From Prasinococcaceae sp. CCMP 1430 (taxonomy: Eukaryota > Plantae > Prasinodermophyta), in the NCBI GenBank assembly GCA_013416795.1, contig RQSC01000011.1, positions 50,721 to 114,720 on the forward strand: a stretch of 64,000 nucleotides of DNA, read 5' to 3'. Within the stretch, counting starts at the first letter, position 1; each line of letters begins with the position of its first letter. Position numbers and translations under genes: made by a program. The notes under the pieces are model-generated. The model did no database searches. It saw nothing but the letters and a program-made list of their open reading frames with translations, and was not told where the DNA came from. This document shows positions 30,131 to 40,336 of the stretch, in pieces.

Positions 30131-31331
30131 CGCCGCCAGCCGTCTCTGCAGCGTGGAACGTTCCTCCCCTCCCCTGCGCTGCCTCCCCCCCCCTTCCCCC
30201 TCGTGCTCTGTGCCCGCCGACCTGCGGTTTCGGCTTCGGTGCCGGTTCCGTCCCGGCGCCGGAGTGCTTCGGACTCCCTCGGATTTGGTGGGGTTCGAAG
30301 ACGGATTCCAGCGGATAAGGGAGCGCAAAAAGACCTCGTTCGAGGGGGCACACCGGAATACTTTCATCGAATCCATGCGAATCCATACTGAGGTCAAAGC
30401 GCAGGCCAGCGCACGCCGAGTCGAACTCCTGCTGCAGGCGCGCGCGGGCGCGGCGCGCGGGCGATTGGGAAATCCGCGGAAGGCATCCAATCCGATGCGC
30501 CTTCCGTCGAGTGGCGCGATCGGTGCGCGATGGTGGTTGCCGTCCCCACGGGCTTCGCGGATCGACATTTCGGCAGGCGCGCCGGCGCGCGGGCCTGCCG
30601 GAGGACGGATTCCGCTCGATTGGGTGGAATCATCGTAACGTCGCATTTTTTGGAATCCACTGTATGTCAAACGGCGGGTGGTCGTGAGGGTTCCGCCGAT
30701 GTGTGGGGATTTTTGTGCGTGAGCGTTTCGCGTGTGGGGGGGCGGTTCGGCGCGCGCGCACGGCGTGGCCGCCCGCGGGCGCTCCCCCGCGGCGCTGGGC
30801 GCCGCGAGATGACATGTCCGGGGAGAGTGGCGCCGCCGCCGCACCCCGCACGCGGCGCTGCGCCCCGCCTCTCCGCGCCGCCGCCAAAAAAGTCAGGCAG
30901 CGAAATCCTTTAATTTCATCAACGCAAAGGAAGCCATCGATCGCTCCCTTTCAAATTCGTCTATACTTGGTATCATACCCTCGGACACTGCCCCCTGGGG
31001 GTCTCTGCGTCGATACGGCATCCTCACTCGAGCATCCGGCGGAGGGAGAAGATGAGGCCACGCCCGGGCGCGCCTTGCAAGCAGTGGCGCACCGCCGCCA
31101 CCGCGCCGAGCGAGGATGAGGGGAAGGCGTGCGCGCGCTGCAGCTCGCGTGGCGCGCGATGCGCGCTCCGCTGACGGGCTGACCGATGCTGCTGGCCAGG
31201 CTGCCAGTGCACGTAAATGCGGAGGAGAAGGGGGTCCCGCCCGGGTATTGGCGAGGTTCGCACGTCGCACACGTTTTACTCGCTGGTTTGAACTCGCTCT
31301 GCCGCGCGCCGCGCCGCGCATACTACTACTA

Positions 31332-33018
31332 CTACGCCGTGGCTGCAGCCGCGCTTGACTCGCGGCCGTAGATGCGGGCGCCGCTGATGTCATCGTACGC
31401 CTCGCGCATGCTCCTCTCTACAGCCTCACAGAAGGCCTTCGAGTTCGCGAAGTCCTCCGGGTGCACGGCATCAGGAAACTTCACCTTCACGAGCATGCTG
31501 CGGTTGAGTATGTTGGCCGTGCCGCCGATGTTGTCGGTCGCGGGGTCCAAGCCGATGTCCTCCGAGTACCACAGCGCGACGGGCTGCACCGGCCGCCCGG
31601 CACTGTACGCCACCTGGAACGAGCCCTGGCGCAGGGGCATGGGCTCGCCGCGCACCTGGGAGGTGCCCTCCGGAAACACCAGGATGGGGTTCGTGGAGTC
31701 CTCGAGTCCCTCCCTGAGCGCTGCGCGCGCCGCCGCCCCGCTCGACTTGTCGCCGCGCCTGTACGGGATGCCGTCGAAGCGCTTGACCACGAAGTTGAGC
31801 AGCCATGCGCCGAGGCCCTCCTCGGCAATGTTCGACTTGACCAACACGCGAAGCATCATGTTCGAGCACATGCACAGCACGCCGTAGTCGAGCCACGAGT
31901 AGTGGTTGGACACCCACAGGCAGGACGTCGCTGGCCTACCGGCCGCGCCGCCGCTACGCCGCGTCATGGTGGCCGCGTTGGGCGAGGGGAGGCCGCCCAG
32001 CGGCGCCGCGCGCACGCCGCCGGCGCCGCCGTTGCCGTACGGCACGCCTTCCACCTGGATGGTGACGTCGTTTGAGCGCATGTACGACCGGAAGACGCCC
32101 ACGAGCAGGTCAACCCTGTCGATCGCGAGCGCCAGGAACATGCTCGGCATGTGCGCCAGGAACATGGCGGTGCACACCGCGGCCTTGAGCGTGGGCGAGG
32201 CGCGCATTGCGCTGCGCGCGGCCCACCGGAACAGCTGGCAGCGCCCCACGTGGAAGATCTCGTTGGGCGTGCCCTGGCCGCCGAGGCGGTGCTCGACGAA
32301 CTCGTTGACGCGCGACGTGCGCGAGCGGCGCGTGGCGCCGTGCCGCACCAGCGCGGCGCTGCCCCCGCAGCCGTTGTTCGACCCCCGCACGACGAAGCTG
32401 TCCACATCGAGCGACGCGTCGTCGGCCGTGCCGAAGTCCTCGCGGTGGTGCGCCATCATGAAGCACGCGATGTCGCGCTGCCAGCCCTCCGCTCGGCGGC
32501 AGGGCTCGCGGTAGCTGGGGTAGCAGGCCGTCATGTTGTCGCTGACGATCTTGGTGTTGCTGGGGCTGTCCGCGATGTCCGTCATGACGAAGTCCACCGA
32601 CCAGTACGTCAGGCAGCAGCACATCATGTTGTACAGGCACACGCGCTGCAGGTGCTTCCCCTGGTGCTCGGGGAGGACCATCACCAGGCCGAGGTGGAGC
32701 ACGAGCTCGTGCACGTACGCTGCCTTGAAGGCCATGTGGAACATGGCGGGCTGGCCGGTGCGAGCGTCGTACACCACGAAGACGATTTTGTCGCCCATGT
32801 GGCGCGCGTCGTGCAGCGCGCGGTGCGGCAGCACCGAGCCGATGGTGCGCTGCGACATGTCGGCCATCAGGCGGCGCAGCCTCTCGGCGGCGGGGCCGGC
32901 GGGCGACGCCCAGCGCCGCGCGTAGTAGCGCCCCTTGAGGCCCGGCAGCGGGAGGTATCCGCCGTTGTCCGCCCACCGCCTCGCGGCGAGCAGCGTCGCG
33001 GCCGCCGCGGCGGCGGCG
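31332..33018 (-). CDS. GNAT-like domain fused to a PlsC/LPAAT-family acyltransferase; 5' end lost in the N-gap
   Basis: C-terminal NHYSWLD, FPEGT and GSFQVA...PVQPV acyltransferase motifs. N-terminal LHLGLVMVLPEHQGKHLQ resembles GNAT motif A. A hydrophobic segment lies between the two. Confidence 0.8.
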
Positions 33019-33946
33019 NNNNNNNNNNNNNNNNNNNNNNNNNNNNNNNNNNNNNNNNNNNNNNNNNNNNNNNNNNNNNNNNNNNNNNNNNNNNNNNNNN
33101 NNNNNNNNNNNNNNNNNNNNNNNNNNNNNNNNNNNNNNNNNNNNNNNNNNNNNNNNNNNNNNNNNNNNNNNNNNNNNNNNNNNNNNNNNNNNNNNNNNNN
33201 NNNNNNNNNNNNNNNNNNNNNNNNNNNNNNNNNNNNNNNNNNNNNNNNNNNNNNNNNNNNNNNNNNNNNNNNNNNNNNNNNNNNNNNNNNNNNNNNNNNN
33301 NNNNNNNNNNNNNNNNNNNNNNNNNNNNNNNNNNNNNNNNNNNNNNNNNNNNNNNNNNNNNNNNNNNNNNNNNNNNNNNNNNNNNNNNNNNNNNNNNNNN
33401 NNNNNNNNNNNNNNNNNNNNNNNNNNNNNNNNNNNNNNNNNNNNNNNNNNNNNNNNNNNNNNNNNNNNNNNNNNNNNNNNNNNNNNNNNNNNNNNNNNNN
33501 NNNNNNNNNNNNNNNNNNNNNNNNNNNNNNNNNNNNNNNNNNNNNNNNNNNNNNNNNNNNNNNNNNNNNNNNNNNNNNNNNNNNNNNNNNNNNNNNNNNN
33601 NNNNNNNNNNNNNNNNNNNNNNNNNNNNNNNNNNNNNNNNNNNNNNNNNNNNNNNNNNNNNNNNNNNNNNNNNNNNNNNNNNNNNNNNNNNNNNNNNNNN
33701 NNNNNNNNNNNNNNNNNNNNNNNNNNNNNNNNNNNNNNNNNNNNNNNNNNNNNNNNNNNNNNNNNNNNNNNNNNNNNNNNNNNNNNNNNNNNNNNNNNNN
33801 NNNNNNNNNNNNNNNNNNNNNNNNNNNNNNNNNNNNNNNNNNNNNNNNNNNNNNNNNNNNNNNNNNNNNNNNNNNNNNNNNNNNNNNNNNNNNNNNNNNN
33901 NNNNNNNNNNNNNNNNNNNNNNNNNNNNNNNNNNNNNNNNNNNNNN

Positions 33947-34410
33947 CCCGCGCGGCCGCGCAGCAGCCCGCCGCAGGACAAGGCGGCCCGCTCGCGGCCC
34001 ACGCGCTGGAGCGGCGCCAGTGGCGCGAGTACCACGCCGCGCAGCTGCAGGCGCAGGCGGAGCGGCAGCAGCGCGCGCAGTCGCCGGGCAAGCCTTCGGA
34101 GCCCTCCAGCCTCGAGGTGCGCAGCGGGCACTTCCGCGCGCCCGAGGTGCTGCCGCACCCCGACGCCGAGGCGGCACACAACGTCGCGGTCGGGGCGCAC
34201 CTCAGTGCGCTCCCAGGCCCGGCGCGAAAGTCGCCCGTGGCCAGCCCGCCCGCCGCGTGCCACGCCACCGCCACCGCCCACGGCAGCGGCGGCGGCGGGG
34301 ACGACGGCGAGCTGCTCTTCGGCGAATCGTTCGATGGCGCGCGCACGCCCCCGCAGCCGACGTCGCCGGCGCGATGCCCGCGCTCGCCGCTGCTCTCGGA
34401 GATCATGGCT
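33947..34410 (+). other. Coding-like segment after the gap; gene and strand assignment unresolved
   Basis: GC3-rich open frame LERRQWREYHAAQLQAQAERQQRAQ...; the in-register antisense frame is also open. Confidence 0.3.
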
Positions 34411-34664
34411 GAGGACCGCGCGCGCGGGGGGCGGGGCGGACCTAACCCGAACCCATCCGCGCGCGTGTTGGGGGTTTGCGCGTTTTGGGCGGTCGATGCG
34501 GGTGTTAAGTGAGGATACTTTCAAACCCTGATGCTCGGCGGTGCTGCGGGAGCCCGCTTCCTCGCGGGGCGCGTGGCGCCCGGCGCCGCGGCGCGCGCGA
34601 GGCACGCGCGAGGGCCGAGGGGGGATGGGAGAGGAGGGGGTAGAGGGGTCTTGGGGGATGAGGG

Positions 34665-35996
34665 ATGGGGGGCGCTGAGGACACCATCTCGAAGCTGGAC
34701 GCGCTGCTGGCGGGCAGCTCCAACCCGCTTGAGCCGCTCAAGGCGTCGCGGCCGCCCAAGGGTGAGCTCAATGAGGACGGCTCGGCCGCCGGCGGCGCCG
34801 CCGCCGGCGGCGGCGGCGGCGTGGGCCTGGAGTCGTGCGTGACGTCCCCCGTCACCGCCTCGGCGATTCACCGCACGCCGTCGGCCGCAGACCTGCTCCG
34901 CAAGGTTGGCCCGGAGGACTTCGAGGTCCTCTGCGTGGTAGGCCAGGGCGCCTTCGGCAAGGTGTACCAGGTGTACCGCGCGATGACCGAGGAGGTCCTG
35001 GCCATGAAGGTCATGCGCAAGGACCGCATTCTGGGGAAGGACCACGCAGAGTACGTGCAGACGGAGAAGTCCATCCTGACGCGCATCAAGCACCCGTACG
35101 TGGTCGAGCTGCGCTACTCGTTCCAGACGCCGCAGAAGCTCTACCTGCTGCTGGAATTCGTCAACGGCGGCCACCTGTACTACCAGCTCATCCGCCAGGG
35201 CATCTTCTCCGAAAAGGTCGCGCAGCTCTACGCGGCGGAGCTGGTGCTCGCGCTGGAGCACCTGCACTCGCAGGGCATCGCCCACCGCGACCTCAAGCCG
35301 GAGAACATCCTGCTGGACGTCGACGGGCACATCAAACTCACGGACTTCGGGCTCGCCCGCACGATGGGTGACTCGACGCGCGAGACCAACTCGATGGTGG
35401 GGACGGTCGAGTACATGGCTCCGGAAATCCTGACGGCCAAGGGCCACGGCAAGGCGGCCGACTGGTGGTCGCTGGGCGTCATCATCTGCGAGATGCTCAC
35501 CAGCGAGGTGCCATTCAAGGCCAAGAGCAGGGCGCACCTGCAGAAGGCCATCGTGTCGTCAAAGCTCAAGCTGCCCGCATTCCTCAGCTCGCAGGCGCAC
35601 TCGCTGCTCAAAGGGCTGCTCGCGAAAGACCCCGCCAATCGGCTGGGTGCCAAGGAGGGCGCCGCGGAGCTGCGGCGCCACGCCTTCTTCAAGGGCATCA
35701 ACTGGCGCGCGCTCGAGGAGCGGCGCGTGCCCTCGCCCTTCAAACCCGAGGTGCAGTCGGAGCTCGGCCTGCGATGCACCAGCAACTTCGACGAGCAGTA
35801 CACGTCGATGCCACCGCGCGACTCGCCCATCAGCTCTCCTGCGGACGGCTTTGTCTTCGCCGAGGGTCAGAAGGACCCCTTCGAGGGCTTCAGCTACACG
35901 TGCCCCTCGGTGCTCACTCGCGTCGCCAGCACGGGCAAGTTCTCGCTCGGCGAAAGCTCCGACGACGGCAGCGCTGCCGCGGGCGTCGGCGCCTGA
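34665..35996 (+). CDS. S6K: Ribosomal protein S6 kinase (plant-type AGC kinase)
   Basis: VVGQGAFGKVYQV, AMKVMRKD, HRDLKPEN, DFG, NSMVGTVEYMAPE, AGC C-tail with hydrophobic motif FEGFSY. Confidence 0.92.
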   Translation: MGGAEDTISKLDALLAGSSNPLEPLKASRPPKGELNEDGSAAGGAAAGGGGGVGLESCVTSPVTASAIHRTPSAADLLRKVGPEDFEVLCVVGQGAFGKVYQVYRAMTEEVLAMKVMRKDRILGKDHAEYVQTEKSILTRIKHPYVVELRYSFQTPQKLYLLLEFVNGGHLYYQLIRQGIFSEKVAQLYAAELVLALEHLHSQGIAHRDLKPENILLDVDGHIKLTDFGLARTMGDSTRETNSMVGTVEYMAPEILTAKGHGKAADWWSLGVIICEMLTSEVPFKAKSRAHLQKAIVSSKLKLPAFLSSQAHSLLKGLLAKDPANRLGAKEGAAELRRHAFFKGINWRALEERRVPSPFKPEVQSELGLRCTSNFDEQYTSMPPRDSPISSPADGFVFAEGQKDPFEGFSYTCPSVLTRVASTGKFSLGESSDDGSAAAGVGA

Positions 35997-36320
35997 GCAG
36001 CGGCGCTCGGGGGCGGCGCTACTGAGCTGGGCCAGTCCCGTGTATTTTGAAACTTTGTGACAGATTTCCCTTGCTCGAGCGTCTCACAGCGCGCGAGCAC
36101 GCGGGCGCGTCGACGAGCCCGCGCGGGGGGCCCGCAGGCGCCCTGGGGCGCGCGAACGTGCCACACGGTACCCGCAGCGCAACGGCCGGGGCGAGGTCCA
36201 TTCATCCCAGCAAGGCCGCCCGTGTCCTTCGCTGCCGCCCCCATCCGTGTCTCTGCACACCCCTTCCTTCCCAGCTCCTGTCTCTCCACCCGCGCTGCTG
36301 CGCGCCCTCGCGCGCTGGCG

Positions 36321-37171
36321 ATGTTCGTGGACGCGCTTGCGGACACGCTGTACGCGGACGCGGACGCGCGCGTCGAGCTGTTACAGGCGCTCGCGGCCGC
36401 AGGGCTCAGCGATGAAGACCTGCGCGCCGTCTTTGCGAGCGCGCTGCGTAGGTGGGCGCCCACCGCCGACGCGAGCGAGGGCGGCGAGGCCGACCGTGAT
36501 GTCGCGGTGCTCGACGGAAGGGACATGCGCCTGCGCGCGATGGCGTGGGCGGATGTGCGAGTTGATGACGCAAAGAGACTCTCGACGGCCGCGCGCGCGG
36601 CGTTGTCCGCGTCGGGCTCCGTCACTGGCGTCGACGGCCGCGGCATGCAGTGGGTGGAGGTGGGCGCAGGCTCGGGCTTTGTCGCGTGGTTGCTCGAGAA
36701 GTACTCCGACGGCGAAGGCGGAGACCGCGTGCGCGCATACGACAGCATGGAGGTGAGAGCGCGCGCAGCCAGCGCCGCTCCTTCGCCACGCGCAGGCGTT
36801 CGCAGTGCCCGGCACTGACCCGAGCCTGCGCGCAGGGCCACACGTACGTCTCCGCGTGGTCGCGCCATCAGTGGCCATGGAGTACGGCCGTGCGGCGCGT
36901 GGCAGACGCCGAAATGGCCGAAGAACTGCGATCGTGTGAAGCCGACGCGCTGCTGCTGGTATGGCCCGAGGGGGACAGCCCGATGGCAGCCGACACGCTC
37001 GCGCGCTTCGGTGGCACTGTGCTGGCCTACATCGGCGAGGACGAGGGAGGCGAGACGGCCGACGCGTCGTTCTTCGCGGTGGTGGCAGCCGGCTGGGACG
37101 AGGTCGAATCGTGGGAAATAGAGGGCACTCCGGGGACGCACGCGCGAGTGTACGCGCGGCGCAGGGGCTGA
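36321..37171 (+). CDS. Class I SAM-dependent methyltransferase-like protein; exons 36321-36752 and 36836-37171
   Basis: Motif I VEVGAGSGFVAWLL, then LLLVWP and LAYIGE segments; GTGAGA...GCAG intron in phase 0. Confidence 0.7.
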
Positions 37172-37346
37172 GGCGCGGGGCGGTCTCGGCGCCTTTCGCG
37201 CCCTTGCTAATAATACAAGTCCAATCGCCACAAAGTGTACACGGTGATGACGCGCACTGTACAGGTGCACGGCCCGGCCGCGATTACAGGTCGTGCGAGC
37301 GCGTCGCCGCGCCAGCCCGCCTCCTTCGCACAGCGCCCGTAGGAGC

Positions 37347-38951
37347 CTACCCGATCTCCGTGGTGATGGGATACATCACGTCGCGCTTGTGATACAGTCG
37401 GCGCGTGAGACGTTCCTGGATGGGCGGCTGGGGTGGCCGGGAGCGCGCCGCGTCGACGCCGTCCGGCAAGAGCTCGAATACATCTTGCGCGTGCTTCTCG
37501 CTTGGGTTCAGGGGCGCGCCGCCGGGGCCCTTCTCGCACCAGACGCGCTGCGCGTGCGGGTCGTGCTGTCTCTCGTACGCCATCGCGCAGGCGTCCTTCG
37601 CCTGCCGCCACGCCGCGGCGCGCACGGCGAGCAGGCGCGCGTTGAACTCATTTTGCATGTGCGCCAGCGGGAGCTCGTTCGGCCCGTAGACGAAGGGGTC
37701 CTCGATCTCCCTCGCGCTCTCGTTCATAATCCAGTACGCGAACACTGCCAGGAAGCTGAGCACCGCTGCGAGCGGCCCCGACCTGCACCTGCTCTCGATG
37801 AGCAGCGGCACGAGCAGCGTGTACAGCACGAGAAGAATGGACACAGAGACGGCCATCGGGTACGCGAAGGGCACGTCGGCGATCTTCTTGGCGTTGTTGA
37901 AGCCCAGGTTGCCGTCGGAGAGGAACTGCGGGATGCGCGACACGATGGGCGGCGAGCACGTGCCCAGCCCGCAACGTGTGTCACGCTGGCGCGCCTGCCA
38001 CGCTGACTCGAGTAACACGCGTGCAGCGGTCACGCCGTCGGGCGTGCTGCCGCGCCTGCCCAACGCGCGCCGCTCGGAGGCGCTCAGGGGGCCGAGGACC
38101 GCCATCTGGCGCGCCGCGTTGTGCGCGCGCGTCACGCGATTGCTGTACGGCCCAAAGATCAGCTGGCGAATTTGGCCCTCGCACGAGGTGGGCGAGCAGC
38201 ACCTCCTGAGGTAGCCCTCACCCTCTGCGTCGCTGTCGCTCTCCTCGTCCCACCCCTCCCCATGGCCGTCCCCTACCGGGATGCCGCTCAAAGCGCCATC
38301 GGCGACGCCGGCGGGCGCATGCACCGTGCCGGCGCTGTCCCCGTTGCCGTTGCCATCGCCGTCGCTATCGCCGGTCCTCGCTGCCGCCGGCACGCTAGCG
38401 GCTCGCCAGCCCCACATTTCCCCGGACGCGGCGGCGCTCATGTTCACGCAGCGTATGTTGCGCCCGCCGGCGTCGTCCCTGCGCAAGTAGAGCAGCGCCG
38501 ACGCGCTCAGCAGGCTCGCCGCGTGGCACACGCGGTCGTGGAAGGCCGCCATGCGGCGCAGGCACTCGAGGGCGTCCGCGCGTACGACTTCGTCGTCGTC
38601 GCCCCCGAGGGGCGCCACCTGCAGGCCGGCCGCGTCGAGCGTCATGGCTTCGAGCGCCGCGTCCATCCACTTGGCCTGCATCTGCTGCAGCGCGGCGCGC
38701 CCCTCCGCGTAGCGCGCGAGGCTCTGGTTGGAGCGGAAGACGATGACGAAGCCCACGACGAAGGCGAACACCTGGAAGATGTACGGGTGCACCACCTGCT
38801 CCTCCAGCCACTCCTGCACGCCGCCTATCGAGTTGAGAATGATGCTTATGACCGCCGCGAGCAGGCCGTACGGCAGCGCGCGCCACACGGGCGAGCCGTG
38901 CAGCCGCGCGAGCAGCCCGATCCCGGTGAGCTGCTTGCTGTAGATGATCAT
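37347..38951 (-). CDS. Bestrophin-like (UPF0187/YneE) anion channel
   Basis: FVVGFVIVFRSNQSLARYAEGR; KKIADVPFAYP...; ESAREIEDPFVYGPNELPL. Confidence 0.85.
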   Translation of the reverse strand: MIIYSKQLTGIGLLARLHGSPVWRALPYGLLAAVISIILNSIGGVQEWLEEQVVHPYIFQVFAFVVGFVIVFRSNQSLARYAEGRAALQQMQAKWMDAALEAMTLDAAGLQVAPLGGDDDEVVRADALECLRRMAAFHDRVCHAASLLSASALLYLRRDDAGGRNIRCVNMSAAASGEMWGWRAASVPAAARTGDSDGDGNGNGDSAGTVHAPAGVADGALSGIPVGDGHGEGWDEESDSDAEGEGYLRRCCSPTSCEGQIRQLIFGPYSNRVTRAHNAARQMAVLGPLSASERRALGRRGSTPDGVTAARVLLESAWQARQRDTRCGLGTCSPPIVSRIPQFLSDGNLGFNNAKKIADVPFAYPMAVSVSILLVLYTLLVPLLIESRCRSGPLAAVLSFLAVFAYWIMNESAREIEDPFVYGPNELPLAHMQNEFNARLLAVRAAAWRQAKDACAMAYERQHDPHAQRVWCEKGPGGAPLNPSEKHAQDVFELLPDGVDAARSRPPQPPIQERLTRRLYHKRDVMYPITTEIG

Positions 38952-39217
38952 GTCGCCCGCGTCGCGGCGGCGAGGCCGCGCCTGGTGCTGCCCACGTGAC
39001 CTGCGTGGGCGCGTGCCCAATAATAATGACAGCCACTGTGACACTGGCGCGCGGACGGCGCGCCGCGCGGCCGTGGCGCGCGCGCCCAGGCGGGTGTGGT
39101 TCTCTGCTACAAAATTTATGTGTACAGCGCGCGCTCGGCGACGTGCGCGAGCATCATGCGGGCTGGTGCGACCGCGTGCGTGCGCGCATGGCTGCGAGTC
39201 CGCGAGCAACGCGCGGG

Positions 39218-40255
39218 TCATTGCGCGCAGCCGACGTGGATGAGCGAGCACAGATCGTCGTCCTGGAGCCCCCCGACGTCCTCGCCGCTCCGCACGAACT
39301 CGCCGAAGTTGGCGTGCGCGTCGTTGAGCATAAGCTCCAGGCAGAAGAGAGGCTCGGCCGCTCCAGCGTCAATGCCGTGAAGGCGCCCGGGCGGCATGAT
39401 CACCAGGTCGCCAGGGGCGACGGCAACGCGCTCGGAGCCTTCGCAGTACGCCTCGCCGTCGCCCTTGAGGATGAAAAAGAGCTCGTGCGACTTGGCGTGC
39501 ATGTGCGGTGGTGTGCGGTGACCTGGCTGGAAGATCTCGAGCGCGAACGTGAACGGCAACTCCTGTGTAGAGCCGTCATACACGAGCGCAATTCGGTTCC
39601 TGTCGCCGTTGGGGGGCTTGAACGACACGAGCTCTGCGAGGCCGCGCTTGAGCAGCGCGGCCTCGCCGCTCGCCGTGCCTCCCCCGGCCCCGTCGTCACC
39701 CGCCTCGTCGTCACCCTGACTGTCCACGTCATCGTCCGCGTCAATGCCCAGCAGGAGGCGGACGTCCGCTTCTGTGAGCTCGCCCACGCGCTCCTTTTGC
39801 GCCCAACCGGTCGCGTACTCGCGCGCCTCGGTGAGGCCTCCCGCGCCCGCGGGCAGCACGATCGCGAGCGTCGCAATGGAGCCTACCTCAGCATCCGGTC
39901 GAATGACGTGCGCGGCGCCTGGCGGGAAGAGCACCGAGTCTCCCGGCTGCAGCGGCGAGAGCGTGGGGTCGTCGCAAGGCGCCTGGTCGTCGGCATCCAG
40001 CCCGCCCCTGCAGGCGACCGCCGTGCCGTGGCCAGCAAGCACGTAGTGGAGCGAGTACGCCTCCGCGTGCGTGATGGGCACGCGCGCAGGTCCGTGCAGC
40101 TCGACGGTTGCGGCGAGGGGCGGGGTCGTCCCGCCTTGGCCCGACCCCACGTCTTCTACCCCGCCATCCTCGCCACCGGGCGCGGCGAGCACCGCGCCGA
40201 AGCCCGCCCTCTGCCGCCGTCGCACGGCCGCCCCGCACAGCCGGCTGTACGTCAT
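39218..40255 (-). CDS. Tandem (bi-)cupin protein; start uncertain
   Basis: C-terminal cupin TPPHMHAKSHELFFILKGDG...PGDLVIMPPGRLHGI; degenerate N-terminal cupin HYVLAGHG...PGDSVLFPPGAAHVI. Confidence 0.75.
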   Translation of the reverse strand: MTYSRLCGAAVRRRQRAGFGAVLAAPGGEDGGVEDVGSGQGGTTPPLAATVELHGPARVPITHAEAYSLHYVLAGHGTAVACRGGLDADDQAPCDDPTLSPLQPGDSVLFPPGAAHVIRPDAEVGSIATLAIVLPAGAGGLTEAREYATGWAQKERVGELTEADVRLLLGIDADDDVDSQGDDEAGDDGAGGGTASGEAALLKRGLAELVSFKPPNGDRNRIALVYDGSTQELPFTFALEIFQPGHRTPPHMHAKSHELFFILKGDGEAYCEGSERVAVAPGDLVIMPPGRLHGIDAGAAEPLFCLELMLNDAHANFGEFVRSGEDVGGLQDDDLCSLIHVGCAQ

Positions 40256-40336
40256 CGCCTCGCCGCCCCCGCCAGCGCAGCCAGTCACCGCAGCACCACC
40301 GGCCGCAATGCCCACACAACCAGCTCCGATAGCGCC

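Noticed and set aside
30131-31331. Extra genes between synaptotagmin and the acyltransferase
   Set aside because: Short ORFs without domain motifs or coherent splice structure.
31332-34605. ORFs read through the N-gap (1024, 831, 753 and 525 aa)
   Set aside because: Frame across about 930 Ns is unknowable, and the post-gap part of the 1024-aa ORF has shadow-like composition.
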